Shown: piece by piece, positions 32,953 through 41,971 of the stretch
Layout of the letters: every line of letters starts with the position of its first letter
How positions within the stretch are numbered: position 1 is the stretch's first letter
Origin: Pseudomonadota bacterium
Lineage (GTDB): Bacteria > Pseudomonadota > Gammaproteobacteria > Eutrophobiales > Eutrophobiaceae
DNA: 62,451 nt
Assembly: GCA_022562175.1 (NCBI GenBank)
Contig: JADFPU010000001.1
Span: 1-62,451 of the forward strand
Reading direction: 5' to 3'
Notes under the pieces: model-generated
Seen by the model: the letters and a program-made list of their open reading frames with translations, nothing else
What the model was told of the DNA's origin: nothing
Databases searched by the model: none
Made by a program: the position numbers and the translations under genes

Positions 32953-34038
32953 TCAGTTGCAGGTGCTGTCGATAAGCCCGCCGCCAAGGCAGACATCGCC
33001 CTGATAAAAAACGATATATTGTCCAGGCGTCACTGCCCGCTGCGGTTGAGTAAAATGGACTGTGGCTGAGTCTGTGTCCAGGCTTTGTATGACACAGGAT
33101 TGGTCTGCCTGACGATAGCGGGTCTTTGCCAGACAGGAGAATGGGGTTTGCGGAGCACAGTCAGCAATCCAGTGAAGATTCACTGCAGTCAGAACCTGAC
33201 TGAACAGCAGCGGATGGTCATGGCCTTGTGCAGCGATCAAGCTGTTCTGCTTGATGTTTTTAGCAACAACATACCAGGCTTCATCATTGGCCCCTTTCAC
33301 ACCGCCTATACCTAAACCCTGCCGCTGTCCAAGTGTATAAAAATGTACGCCATCGTGCTCACCGATAACACACCCGTCCGGATTACGGATTTCACCCTTT
33401 TTTATCGGTATATAGCGGCTGAGAAACTCCCTGAACGGTCGTTCCCCGATAAAACAGATGCCGGTGCTGTCTTTTTTATCGTGGGTAATGAAGCCGGCCC
33501 TGGCGGCAAGTTCCCGCACTCGGAGTTTCTCCAGTTCGCCTATAGGAAATATTGAAAGCGAGAGTTGTTGCTGTGTCAGGCGACATAAGAAGTAACTTTG
33601 ATCCTTATTCGTATCCAGACCTTTGAGTAATTTATAATGGCCGTTGTGAGATTCAATGCGAGCATAATGTCCTGTGGCAATGTTCTCTGCGCCGAGTTGC
33701 AATGCATGCTCAAGGAAGGCCTTGAATTTAACTTCCTGGTTACAGAGGATATCGGGGTTTGGCGTACGGCCTGACTCATATTGCTTGAGAAAATCGGTAA
33801 AGACATCCTGCCAGTATTGCTCCGACAGATCGACAGTATTGATAGGGATATCGAGTTTATCACAGACGCGCATGGCATCTTCTACATCGGCCTCCCATGT
33901 GCAGCGTCCATCTGTTGAGTCTTCATGCCAGTTCTTCATAAACAGGGCCTCAACCTTATAGCCTCGTTCTTTCAAGAGTAATGCCGCAACGGAGGAATCG
34001 ACACCACCGGATATGCCAACGATAATTTTTTTCGTCAT
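32953..34038 (-). CDS. mnmA: tRNA 2-thiouridine(34) synthase
   Basis: 361 aa with PP-loop GISGGVDSSVAA. Confidence 0.95.
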   Translation of the reverse strand: MTKKIIVGISGGVDSSVAALLLKERGYKVEALFMKNWHEDSTDGRCTWEADVEDAMRVCDKLDIPINTVDLSEQYWQDVFTDFLKQYESGRTPNPDILCNQEVKFKAFLEHALQLGAENIATGHYARIESHNGHYKLLKGLDTNKDQSYFLCRLTQQQLSLSIFPIGELEKLRVRELAARAGFITHDKKDSTGICFIGERPFREFLSRYIPIKKGEIRNPDGCVIGEHDGVHFYTLGQRQGLGIGGVKGANDEAWYVVAKNIKQNSLIAAQGHDHPLLFSQVLTAVNLHWIADCAPQTPFSCLAKTRYRQADQSCVIQSLDTDSATVHFTQPQRAVTPGQYIVFYQGDVCLGGGLIDSTCN

Positions 34039-34085
34039 AGGATTATTTTATTGAAACACAGTTATGCTGTGTTCAAGTATTTACT

Positions 34086-34250
34086 CATAGGTTAGTCTTT
34101 AAGGTCAGCATGTTAAACACAGAGTCACAGAGTACACGGAGATAAAGAACAAATATTATCCAAACTCCGTGTGCTCTGTGCCTCTGTGTTTAGATTTCAG
34201 ATTATCTGACAACTCTAGACAATGAATATTCCATTAAGATCCTACCTATG
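34086..34250. mobile_element. hairpin MITE, inner family (copy C, complete), flanked by a perfect 10-bp direct repeat AGTATTTACT
   Basis: The termini CATAGGTTAGTCTTTAAGG / CCATTAAGATCCTACCTATG are imperfect inverted repeats. The central hairpin has 27-nt arms at 34115-34141 and 34165-34191. AGTATTTACT occurs at 34076-34085 and 34251-34260. Confidence 0.85.
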
Positions 34251-34260
34251 AGTATTTACT

Positions 34261-34290
34261 TGGCGAGAATTATTCTTCCTGGATGGACAC
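34261..34290. repeat. outer-MITE terminal arm fragment
   Basis: TGGCGAGAATTATTCTTCCTGGATGGACAC matches the right end of copy A (TTGGCGAGGATTATTCTTCATGGATGGACAC). It ends 3 nt before the yhdP stop codon. Confidence 0.55.
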
Positions 34291-34293
34291 TAA

Positions 34294-37200
34294 CTAGCCA
34301 CCTGATGTTTTATTACGGGGCTTTATTTTTTCTATATTCGGAGTATCCCAACTACCGGTTATTGTGTATTGATAACGAAGTATTTTATCAAAGATATTTA
34401 ATGATTTAAACATCTTGCCACCGAGGTAGAGTAACGCGCCGACACCAATTCCAACCGGGCCAAAGACAGCGCTTGCAACCGGAAGACTGCTGGAAACCTG
34501 CGGCGTAACAGTGACAAGTTGATCATAATCCTGATCGCTCAGGCCGGTTCTTCCGGTAACGACGACATCAGCCGATGGCCCCCGCATATATAGATCATTC
34601 GTGTAGGCATTGCCATCGGTGATGTCGAAATGCCCTTCGATCTTATCAAAAGCAAGTCCCTTGCTGAACAGATCGGTAAAATCAAGTGACAAGCGTCTGG
34701 GCAGGGTCTGTATGCTCAACAGGCCAAACAGACGTCCGGCTGACGGGTTAATATCAAGGAACCGGCCCTTGCCGATGTTCATGTCAAGTGTGCCGTTCAG
34801 GTTCTCCAGAGAAAATTCCATGGGTGATCCTGGCCAATCGGCATCTATCTGAAGTTTTGTTTTTCCTCCTTTTATGGATGTTGGCCTATAACCGAATGTT
34901 TCAAGCATCGCATCTATGTGATCTGCGTGGAGTTCTATATTAAAACGCGAGTTTTCCTCCTGTTCATGGACCAACCAAGCGCCATGCCCCTTTATTTGAA
35001 GAGACGGTTTGGTGAATTCAAAATGATCAATCGACAAGCCTTTTTCAACAGGAGTCGCTTGCAACTGCATCCTCCCCATATTGCGATCCAGGTAAACAAA
35101 ATCGGCAACATTGACCTTGAGTGCAGGCATGCTGAGTGGATTGGTGTTGTTCTGCCCATGTTTATCTGACGTTGTTTTGCCGATAGATAATTTTTCAAGA
35201 TTCAGGGTTATTTGACTATCCCTATCCAGTTTATCAGGCAGTATAATATCGCCGGTTATATCATCACCATCGAGATTGATGTGCCAGGTCGATTCTATTT
35301 TATCGGCAATTAGTCTGATATTTGAAAAAGACTGGTTAAATAAAACAAGGGATGAAATCTGAAGATCAGCCTTAATACTTTTATTCCAGTCATTGTTCCT
35401 GTCATTACGGCTATCAGTCTTTAGCAGTTTTAATATTTCCAGCCACTCATTAATCGGTAGCTTATCAATAGATCCATTTATAAATATGTCATGTTCGTTA
35501 TTTATTATCTCTGGAGTATCACCAAAATGCAGACTGACCTTCTGTAGTCTTTGTTGTTTGCTGTTATCGAGTTCAAACTTGCCGACCAGGATGGAGCCGT
35601 ACTGAATGTCAATATTCCGGCTGATGCCCTGGGTGATATTGGTAGTCAGCTTGATTGGCAACTGCAAGTGTTTTGTTTTGCCAATCGGGGCCGGCAAATC
35701 AACCGTGAGTCCAGCTAAATCGGAACTAATCTCAATCTGTTTATTTAGTTGAGGATGGTGCTCGCCACGCAAGTAAGTCAATTTTACCTGCCAGGCTGTT
35801 TCTCCCGAGAGTCGTTCGAGCAGATTTTGTCTTATGGGCGATAATGATGGCACGTATTCAATGACACGATCAGTAATAAATTTTTCATCAGCCATACCGT
35901 TTATACGGATGGAAGGCGGGTTGTCTTCATTATCCTTGGAACCGGATATATTTAATTCAACAGGTTGTTCAAGATAACGGGCAGACAAGTTTTGCGAAGA
36001 GACGGAATCTCTTGTAAAAGCCAGATCCCCGCTGACCTCTTTTAATTGTAATTTTTCCAGTGATGATGTTAATGTGATATCCGATAGACTCACATGGCCA
36101 TTAACCTTGGGTTTTTTAGCTTTTTGTTTGAGAGGGATATCAAGCTCTAATCCCATAGTGAAGTGACCACCCTTTAATGCGCCCTTAAGTTCATTTAGCG
36201 TCAAATCTTTATGCAGGGGGCTTTGCGCAATAAATAATGTCAGATCCTTTGTCTCTCCACTGATTTGGCCATTGAGTATAATTGTCTTTTCTTTTTTCAG
36301 TATGTCTGCAATGGAAGCATATGCTTTAGTAATATCGGCATTGAATATCTTGCCGCTGTGGATATTTGCCTGCATCTGTCTGCCGTTAAATATAATCTCA
36401 CTGTCAATCTGGTCTACCGGGGGCCATGTGGGAGAATAATCGAGCGATACATTGTTGACGTTTGCAATGAGTTCAAATCGACCATTATTCCGGTCAAATG
36501 GAAAATCATTCAGGTAGCCTCGAAATATTGCATTCGCATATTCGACAGACCCCCCCTGAATAGCACGTTCCAACCAGCTCTTTAATCTGAATCGCGGTGT
36601 TTGAGGTAAATAGTCAGACAGACTTTCCAACTCGGTTTGCCCCACGTTCATGACCAAATCTATAAATACTGCGGGATTATCCTTATGTTTCGATAGTGAC
36701 CCTGTCAGGTTGGCAGAGAAATCTGATGTTTTTATATGGATGAGATCGGATTTTATTTGCCAGCCTGTACTGTTTCGTGACCAGTCAACATTACCGCTTA
36801 ATTCCGCCAGCCAGATATTTTTTTCATCCATTGATGGAAAATGTAATGTGACAGAGTTTGCATGTAAAGAAATGTTACCCTCGGTCAGGCTGCCGTATAG
36901 TTGGCCGGACAGATTATCAAAGACCGGGAGTTGATCGCTGGGACCGGTCGTCAGGTGTTCAAACTCTATCTCATAGAGAAACTGTTTCGCGGGCACTTGT
37001 GATGGATCATAAACCAGTCTGCCATTACTTAACTCGCCGTCTATAAAAATTTGGCCAAGCAGCTTTTTGGCCTTGACCGGTAAAAATGCCAGGTTGGCGA
37101 AAAGCGGCGCCAGATCATCAAGTTTTAGATAGCTGAAGCTCGTTGTGTAACGATATTGACCTGAGGGTCCAACAGGTTCTGCCAGGACAAATATATCTGT

Positions 37201-38193
37201 ATTCGGCCATAGTCCATTTTCTGTTAACAGATTACTGAGGTTTAACTTAAATTGCCAACCGGCATCATCAAGTCGTTGCCCTGAGAAACGATAGCCTAGT
37301 TCTTTAATATGTAAACGCGTGTTACCGGACAGGGCATTAAAATCATTATACTGAAGTACTCCGTCAAGTTTGACCAGTCTTGCCTGTTGCCATGTGCTCC
37401 AGACTTTTAGATCTGCATTCCCGCCTGTGATATTAAAATCCAGAGGACGATAGTCCGTGTACCAGTTGTCCGGGTTTATATTATTGCCACTTAGATAAAG
37501 CTCACCTGACCAGTCAGATGTCAACAGATCCCCGAACACATCAAATGCGAAGTCCATTTTATGTCCATATTTCGACGGTAATGTTGTTGAACCTTCAATC
37601 TGCAATCGGTCAACATCACTGCGCAGCGTTAAATTGACATCTGTCAGCAATATAGGAGCTTGCTGATGTTTGACGTCCAGCCATTCGATGGTTGCATTCT
37701 GAATTTCTATTTCGTCTTGTCTGAACAGCCACTCTGCCAGTTCATTTTTTTCGGCCTGTGCACTTTCCAGCCCTTCAATATTTATCCCTTCAACATAAAT
37801 AGCACCGTTACTCAGATGTTCGACAGATAATTCAAAGCCGGATATCATGAGGCTCCTGGGTATGAATTGCCGCTTAATGACAGTGGCAATGGGGTTTAGG
37901 CTGATTCGTGCATGATCAAAACGTGTGATTGGTTTTGTACCTGCTTTGTTCAACAAGTCGATATCAGTTAAATAAAGATGCGGGGTCCAGCCTTTCCATG
38001 TTGCATCAATAGATCGGATAACGACAGGGAAGCCCATGTAATGGCTGACCCATGCCTCAATTTCACCACGGTATTCGCCTATATCGGGAAGTGCAAGGCG
38101 GATCAGGCTAACCGAAACGGCTGCAATCAGGACAATGACAGCGACTGTGTAAAAAGTGAAGTGGTAGAGTGCTTTGATTATTCGTGACAACAT
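34294..38193 (-). CDS. yhdP: YhdP-family (AsmA-like) envelope lipid-transport protein
   Basis: 1299 aa with an N-terminal TM anchor and the conserved C-terminal region (VTGRTGL...YDQLVTVTPQVSSSLPVA). It lies downstream of rng, as in E. coli. Confidence 0.88.
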   Translation of the reverse strand: MLSRIIKALYHFTFYTVAVIVLIAAVSVSLIRLALPDIGEYRGEIEAWVSHYMGFPVVIRSIDATWKGWTPHLYLTDIDLLNKAGTKPITRFDHARISLNPIATVIKRQFIPRSLMISGFELSVEHLSNGAIYVEGINIEGLESAQAEKNELAEWLFRQDEIEIQNATIEWLDVKHQQAPILLTDVNLTLRSDVDRLQIEGSTTLPSKYGHKMDFAFDVFGDLLTSDWSGELYLSGNNINPDNWYTDYRPLDFNITGGNADLKVWSTWQQARLVKLDGVLQYNDFNALSGNTRLHIKELGYRFSGQRLDDAGWQFKLNLSNLLTENGLWPNTDIFVLAEPVGPSGQYRYTTSFSYLKLDDLAPLFANLAFLPVKAKKLLGQIFIDGELSNGRLVYDPSQVPAKQFLYEIEFEHLTTGPSDQLPVFDNLSGQLYGSLTEGNISLHANSVTLHFPSMDEKNIWLAELSGNVDWSRNSTGWQIKSDLIHIKTSDFSANLTGSLSKHKDNPAVFIDLVMNVGQTELESLSDYLPQTPRFRLKSWLERAIQGGSVEYANAIFRGYLNDFPFDRNNGRFELIANVNNVSLDYSPTWPPVDQIDSEIIFNGRQMQANIHSGKIFNADITKAYASIADILKKEKTIILNGQISGETKDLTLFIAQSPLHKDLTLNELKGALKGGHFTMGLELDIPLKQKAKKPKVNGHVSLSDITLTSSLEKLQLKEVSGDLAFTRDSVSSQNLSARYLEQPVELNISGSKDNEDNPPSIRINGMADEKFITDRVIEYVPSLSPIRQNLLERLSGETAWQVKLTYLRGEHHPQLNKQIEISSDLAGLTVDLPAPIGKTKHLQLPIKLTTNITQGISRNIDIQYGSILVGKFELDNSKQQRLQKVSLHFGDTPEIINNEHDIFINGSIDKLPINEWLEILKLLKTDSRNDRNNDWNKSIKADLQISSLVLFNQSFSNIRLIADKIESTWHINLDGDDITGDIILPDKLDRDSQITLNLEKLSIGKTTSDKHGQNNTNPLSMPALKVNVADFVYLDRNMGRMQLQATPVEKGLSIDHFEFTKPSLQIKGHGAWLVHEQEENSRFNIELHADHIDAMLETFGYRPTSIKGGKTKLQIDADWPGSPMEFSLENLNGTLDMNIGKGRFLDINPSAGRLFGLLSIQTLPRRLSLDFTDLFSKGLAFDKIEGHFDITDGNAYTNDLYMRGPSADVVVTGRTGLSDQDYDQLVTVTPQVSSSLPVASAVFGPVGIGVGALLYLGGKMFKSLNIFDKILRYQYTITGSWDTPNIEKIKPRNKTSGG

Positions 38194-38206
38194 GTGTGTA
38201 GACTGC

Positions 38207-39754
38207 TTATAACAGGACGACGTCGTATTGTTCTTGTGTGTACAGCGTTTCTACCTGAAAGGAAATCGGTCTGCCAATAAATTCTTCCAACTCGGCGACA
38301 CTGGTTGATTCATCGTCCAGACACATATCAACTACCGGTTGCGAGGCTACCACGAGTAATTTCTTTGCCTCAAACTGTCTGACTTCCCGTAATATTTCAC
38401 GAAATATTTCATAGCAAACGGTTTCTTTTGACTTGATGGTGCCTCTGCCGCTACAAGTCGGACACGGTTCGCAAAGTATATGTTCCAGACTTTCACGGGT
38501 GCGCTTGCGAGTAAGCTGTACCAGCCCAAGAGAGGTTAATTCACTCATTGTTATTTTTGAATTATCCTGCCCCAGGTGTTTTTCCAGATTACGCAAAACC
38601 TGACGGCCATGTTCCGGATCCTGCATGTCAATAAAGTCTATAATAATGATACCGCCAAGGTTGCGTAGTCGCAGTTGCCTGGCTATTGCCTGTGCCGCTT
38701 CCAGATTGGTTTTATATATTGTTTCTTCCAGATTCCTGTGTCCGACAAAGCCGCCAGTATTCACATCGATGGTTGTCATGGCCTCAGTCTGGTCGATGAT
38801 GAGATGACCGCCGGATTTGAGTTGTACTTTTCGGTTGAGGGATTTCTGTATCTCATCTTCGACAGAATAGAGATCGAGGATGGGGCGTTCACCTGGATAA
38901 TATTCAATACGATCCAGCAATTCCGGGATAAAATTCTTCGCAAACTCTATCAGCCGTTGATAAGTTTCTTTGGAATCGATTTTTACTTTTTCGATTTCAG
39001 CATGCACCAGATCACGCATCACACGCATTACCAGAGGAAGATCTTCATAAACTACGCCGGGCGGTAAGGTATTCTGTGCCCGTATAGTGGTTGAGTCCCA
39101 GAGTTTATGCAGGAATGCTATGTCCTTGTGAATAGCTTCATCGGCCACACCCTCGGCAGCGGTTCGGACAATAAAGCCTCCCTTGCTCAGTATTTCAGCT
39201 CCAGTCTGGGCGGTATGTACAACAATACTCTCATCATCACCGACAGCCAGTTGCCGGATGTCTGTCTGATACTGGAGAATAGTCTGGCGAAGACGTTCAC
39301 GCTCTTTTTCATCTTCTATTCGTTGCGAGATACCAATACTTGGACGATCAGGAATAAATACCAGGTAGCGGGATGGCAATGAAATACGGGTGGTCAAGCG
39401 CGCACCTTTGGTGCCGATTGGGTCCTTGACGACCTGTACCATGATTTCCTGGCCTTCGGTCAGGATAGTTTCTATTGACGCTTCATGGAGTACTTGTGTG
39501 GTCTGGTTATTGCCAGCATCCTCGCCAGCGTCGACAATATCAGCGATGTGAAGAAATCCTGTACGTTCCAGGCCGGTGTCAACAAATGCAGCCTGCATCC
39601 CTGGCAAGACCCGGCAAACACGACCTTTGTAGATATTGCCAACAAGACCCCGTTTGAGTGTGCGTTCAACATACATTTCCTGTAATACGCCATTCTCGAC
39701 CACGGCGACGCGTGTCTCCTGTGGGGTGACATTGATCAGGATTTCTTCATTCAT
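38207..39754 (-). CDS. rng: ribonuclease G
   Basis: RNase E/G family with an N-terminal S1 domain (GNIYKGRVCRVLPGMQAAFVD). The start is taken at the ATG (MNEEILINV), 18 nt inside the TTG-extended ORF. Confidence 0.93.
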   Translation of the reverse strand: MNEEILINVTPQETRVAVVENGVLQEMYVERTLKRGLVGNIYKGRVCRVLPGMQAAFVDTGLERTGFLHIADIVDAGEDAGNNQTTQVLHEASIETILTEGQEIMVQVVKDPIGTKGARLTTRISLPSRYLVFIPDRPSIGISQRIEDEKERERLRQTILQYQTDIRQLAVGDDESIVVHTAQTGAEILSKGGFIVRTAAEGVADEAIHKDIAFLHKLWDSTTIRAQNTLPPGVVYEDLPLVMRVMRDLVHAEIEKVKIDSKETYQRLIEFAKNFIPELLDRIEYYPGERPILDLYSVEDEIQKSLNRKVQLKSGGHLIIDQTEAMTTIDVNTGGFVGHRNLEETIYKTNLEAAQAIARQLRLRNLGGIIIIDFIDMQDPEHGRQVLRNLEKHLGQDNSKITMSELTSLGLVQLTRKRTRESLEHILCEPCPTCSGRGTIKSKETVCYEIFREILREVRQFEAKKLLVVASQPVVDMCLDDESTSVAELEEFIGRPISFQVETLYTQEQYDVVLL

Positions 39755-39854
39755 GTGAATATTTCTCTGCAAAGACTCAAAAAATTAAATATCTATAAAC
39801 TATACATAGGGAATTTCTTCCAGGTATTGTACAAGGTTGTTGGGTTTTTAGTGA

Positions 39855-40024
39855 GCTAGGAGTCTATTCGGGAATAGAAAGCCTACTGCGGGAAAGCTGA
39901 TTTTGGCCATATTTTCCCATAAATATTCGTTAAATAGCGGTGCTATTCGCCTCAAATTATGAAAAAATCTGACTCAAAACCGCTTTGCCTCGCTACGGCT
40001 TCTATTCCCGGACAGGCTCCTAGC
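39855..40024. repeat. 170-bp long imperfect inverted repeat (third MITE/REP-like family)
   Basis: Arms of about 43 nt lie at 39855-39897 (GCTAGGAGTCTATTCGGGAATAGAAAGCCTACTGCGGGAAAGC) and 39982-40024 (GCTTTGCCTCGCTACGGCTTCTATTCCCGGACAGGCTCCTAGC). They are about 80 percent complementary by eye. The interior is also partly palindromic, and the element is followed by CTTTTT. Confidence 0.6.
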
Positions 40025-40366
40025 CTTTTTGCATTGATTTTATCAGGTTCTTATAATCTGACGCTGGTTGTGTGCCTGGTCAGGCGGGCTGTTTTTTGTT
40101 CAAGCAAGTGCCTGCTTTGGCTGTAAGCTCATCAGTAAACATCCAGAATGCTGGGATGCGGGGGCTACGGTTCCATCGGCAAGGAAGCGGTTGGATCGAG
40201 TCCGGTACAGGGGGAGGGGGTTGCGACAACATTGCCAACAGCTTGTCGGGTTTTGAGCAGAGACGCCAGACAGAGATTCTCTAAAAGAAATATTATTGCA
40301 GCAGCTAGCGAAGAACTCCAAATCCCGGCCAGCCTGCCTAATACAGGAAGGCATATTTTCCCCGGA

Positions 40367-41143
40367 TCATTCTATGATAAGGACCGAATCATCCTCCAGT
40401 TCATCTTCAAACATAGCCTCATAGTCTATTAATGGCGGATTTCCATCGTAAATTAAAAATTCCCGTCGCTGTAGATACGCCTCACGTGTGAAGGAATAGA
40501 GATCCACGGCTGCCTCATCACGTATGCTCGTCTCGTCCAATAAATCTGCCCGGAGATTAATAATGTTGATTGCCAGCAAGGGGAAAAAGATAGCACCCGT
40601 GACGTAGGTTAGCGGGTTGAGCAGTGTGCTTGACGCCAAATCAGGTGTATTTCGTATGGTATTGGGCCCAAGCACGGGTAAATACAGATAGGAGCCCCGG
40701 TTGATGCCCCAAACAGCAAGTGTTTGTCCAAAATCTTCATTGTGCTCGGGAAGACCCATAGGGGTGGCGACATCGAACAAACCACCGATCCCTATGGTAG
40801 AATTGAACAGAAGTCTGACGCTATCTGACAGTCCTTGATCAATTTTCCCTTGTAAAAAGGAATTTAGAATAACGTTAAGGTAGGCAATGTTATCAAAAAA
40901 ATTGGTAATACTTGTACGCACCAGTTGTGGAGTGAACTCTGCGTAGGTCTTTGAAATCGGTTTCAACAGGTGCTTGTCCAGTGCCTCGTTAAAGTTGAAG
41001 AAACCCCTGTTTGCGAGCTCCAGCCGATCAGGTGCTCCGGCATAGTCCTCTTTTGACGGTGCCGTGGAACAGCCACCAAGAAGACCGAATGAAAATATTA
41101 AAATCAGGCTAATTATCTTATGTTTCAATGATATATTATTCAT
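40367..41143 (-). CDS. mlaA: MlaA/VacJ-family outer-membrane lipoprotein
   Basis: 258 aa with lipobox LLGGC and VacJ core motifs (NRGFFNFN, FGQTLAVWG). Confidence 0.88.
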   Translation of the reverse strand: MNNISLKHKIISLILIFSFGLLGGCSTAPSKEDYAGAPDRLELANRGFFNFNEALDKHLLKPISKTYAEFTPQLVRTSITNFFDNIAYLNVILNSFLQGKIDQGLSDSVRLLFNSTIGIGGLFDVATPMGLPEHNEDFGQTLAVWGINRGSYLYLPVLGPNTIRNTPDLASSTLLNPLTYVTGAIFFPLLAINIINLRADLLDETSIRDEAAVDLYSFTREAYLQRREFLIYDGNPPLIDYEAMFEDELEDDSVLIIE

Positions 41144-41271
41144 TACTTACCCCGTGTAAGCATTCCTGATGCATAAGCAAATATTGACATACAATCTCTA
41201 TCGACACAAATCGAAAGGACATATTGGTAAATTACTGTGCAACAAATGGCTCAAATCTCAAGACAATTGGG

Positions 41272-41925
41272 TTATTCGTTACTGTTTTCCATTTGTTCAA
41301 TCTTTCTTTCTATCTCGGCGACCAGACCGTCGAATCCTTTTGCCCGGATGACGGCGGCATATTCAGCTCTTTTTAAGGATAGATCATTTACACCGTTTGC
41401 TATAACACTGATGATCAACCAGTTACCGTCCTTTTGATGCATTAAATAATTGAGTTTTATCGGCTCCTTTTTAACACGCAGCAGTTCTGTTTTAATCAGA
41501 AGACGTCCCTTTTTTAATACCTCTTTGGAAACTTCCCGAAATTGCTCGTCGTTATAATCATTAAATCGTGAGGCATAGGTCGCTATGCTGAGCTGATTAA
41601 ACATTTCAATGAAATTTGATTTCTGTAGCGCAGTTAATTTTTTCCAGTATCGGCTCAGGATAACTTTAACGATTAGCGGCGTGTCAAACAGTGACGAGAT
41701 GACAGGCGCCAGTTGGTTAAATCTAGCTTGATAACCAAGCGTGTCCGACTGCTGCATCACCTCTAAAAGCTTCTGGTGCAATCGCTCGACTGTTTCACTT
41801 GCCTCGGCAAATTCCTCCGTCGGCGCGGCTGTTACCGGGGAAACCAGTCCAACAGCCCATAACAGGAGGATTGTGCACAGTATTCCGCCTCCGCAAATCC
41901 GTGCTGATACAGTGTTTAATTTCAT
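41272..41925 (-). CDS. MlaC/Ttg2D-like periplasmic lipid-binding protein (HpnM-like)
   Basis: Start taken at MKLNTV, giving a signal peptide ending VTA-AP and removing the overlap with the upstream gene. It has toluene-tolerance Ttg2D family features (ILSRYWKKLT, YASRF). The HpnM label is based on context. Confidence 0.65.
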   Translation of the reverse strand: MKLNTVSARICGGGILCTILLLWAVGLVSPVTAAPTEEFAEASETVERLHQKLLEVMQQSDTLGYQARFNQLAPVISSLFDTPLIVKVILSRYWKKLTALQKSNFIEMFNQLSIATYASRFNDYNDEQFREVSKEVLKKGRLLIKTELLRVKKEPIKLNYLMHQKDGNWLIISVIANGVNDLSLKRAEYAAVIRAKGFDGLVAEIERKIEQMENSNE

Positions 41926-41971
41926 TGTGTCTAGTGTGTCTAGAGGTTTGACAGTGAAATCACGAAAAGTT

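Noticed and set aside
40158-40225. tRNA/tmRNA-like look of GGGGGCTACGGTTCCATCGGCAAGGAAGCGGTTGGATCGAGTCCGGTACAGGGGGAGGGGG, with a GGGGC 5' end and a GATCGAGTCC T-loop-like stretch.
   Set aside because: No acceptor stem or CCA-proximal complement can be paired, and the putative T-stem needs three G-U pairs. There is no tag-peptide reading frame ending in a typical ..AA stop. A 360-nt tmRNA would run into the mlaA CDS. I kept it only as part of the generic possible structured RNA finding.
40160-40250. G-quadruplex potential from G5 runs at 40160-40164 and 40210-40220.
   Set aside because: There are only three strong G-runs plus one GGG, with loops of 27-45 nt. This is outside the usual intramolecular G4 definitions.
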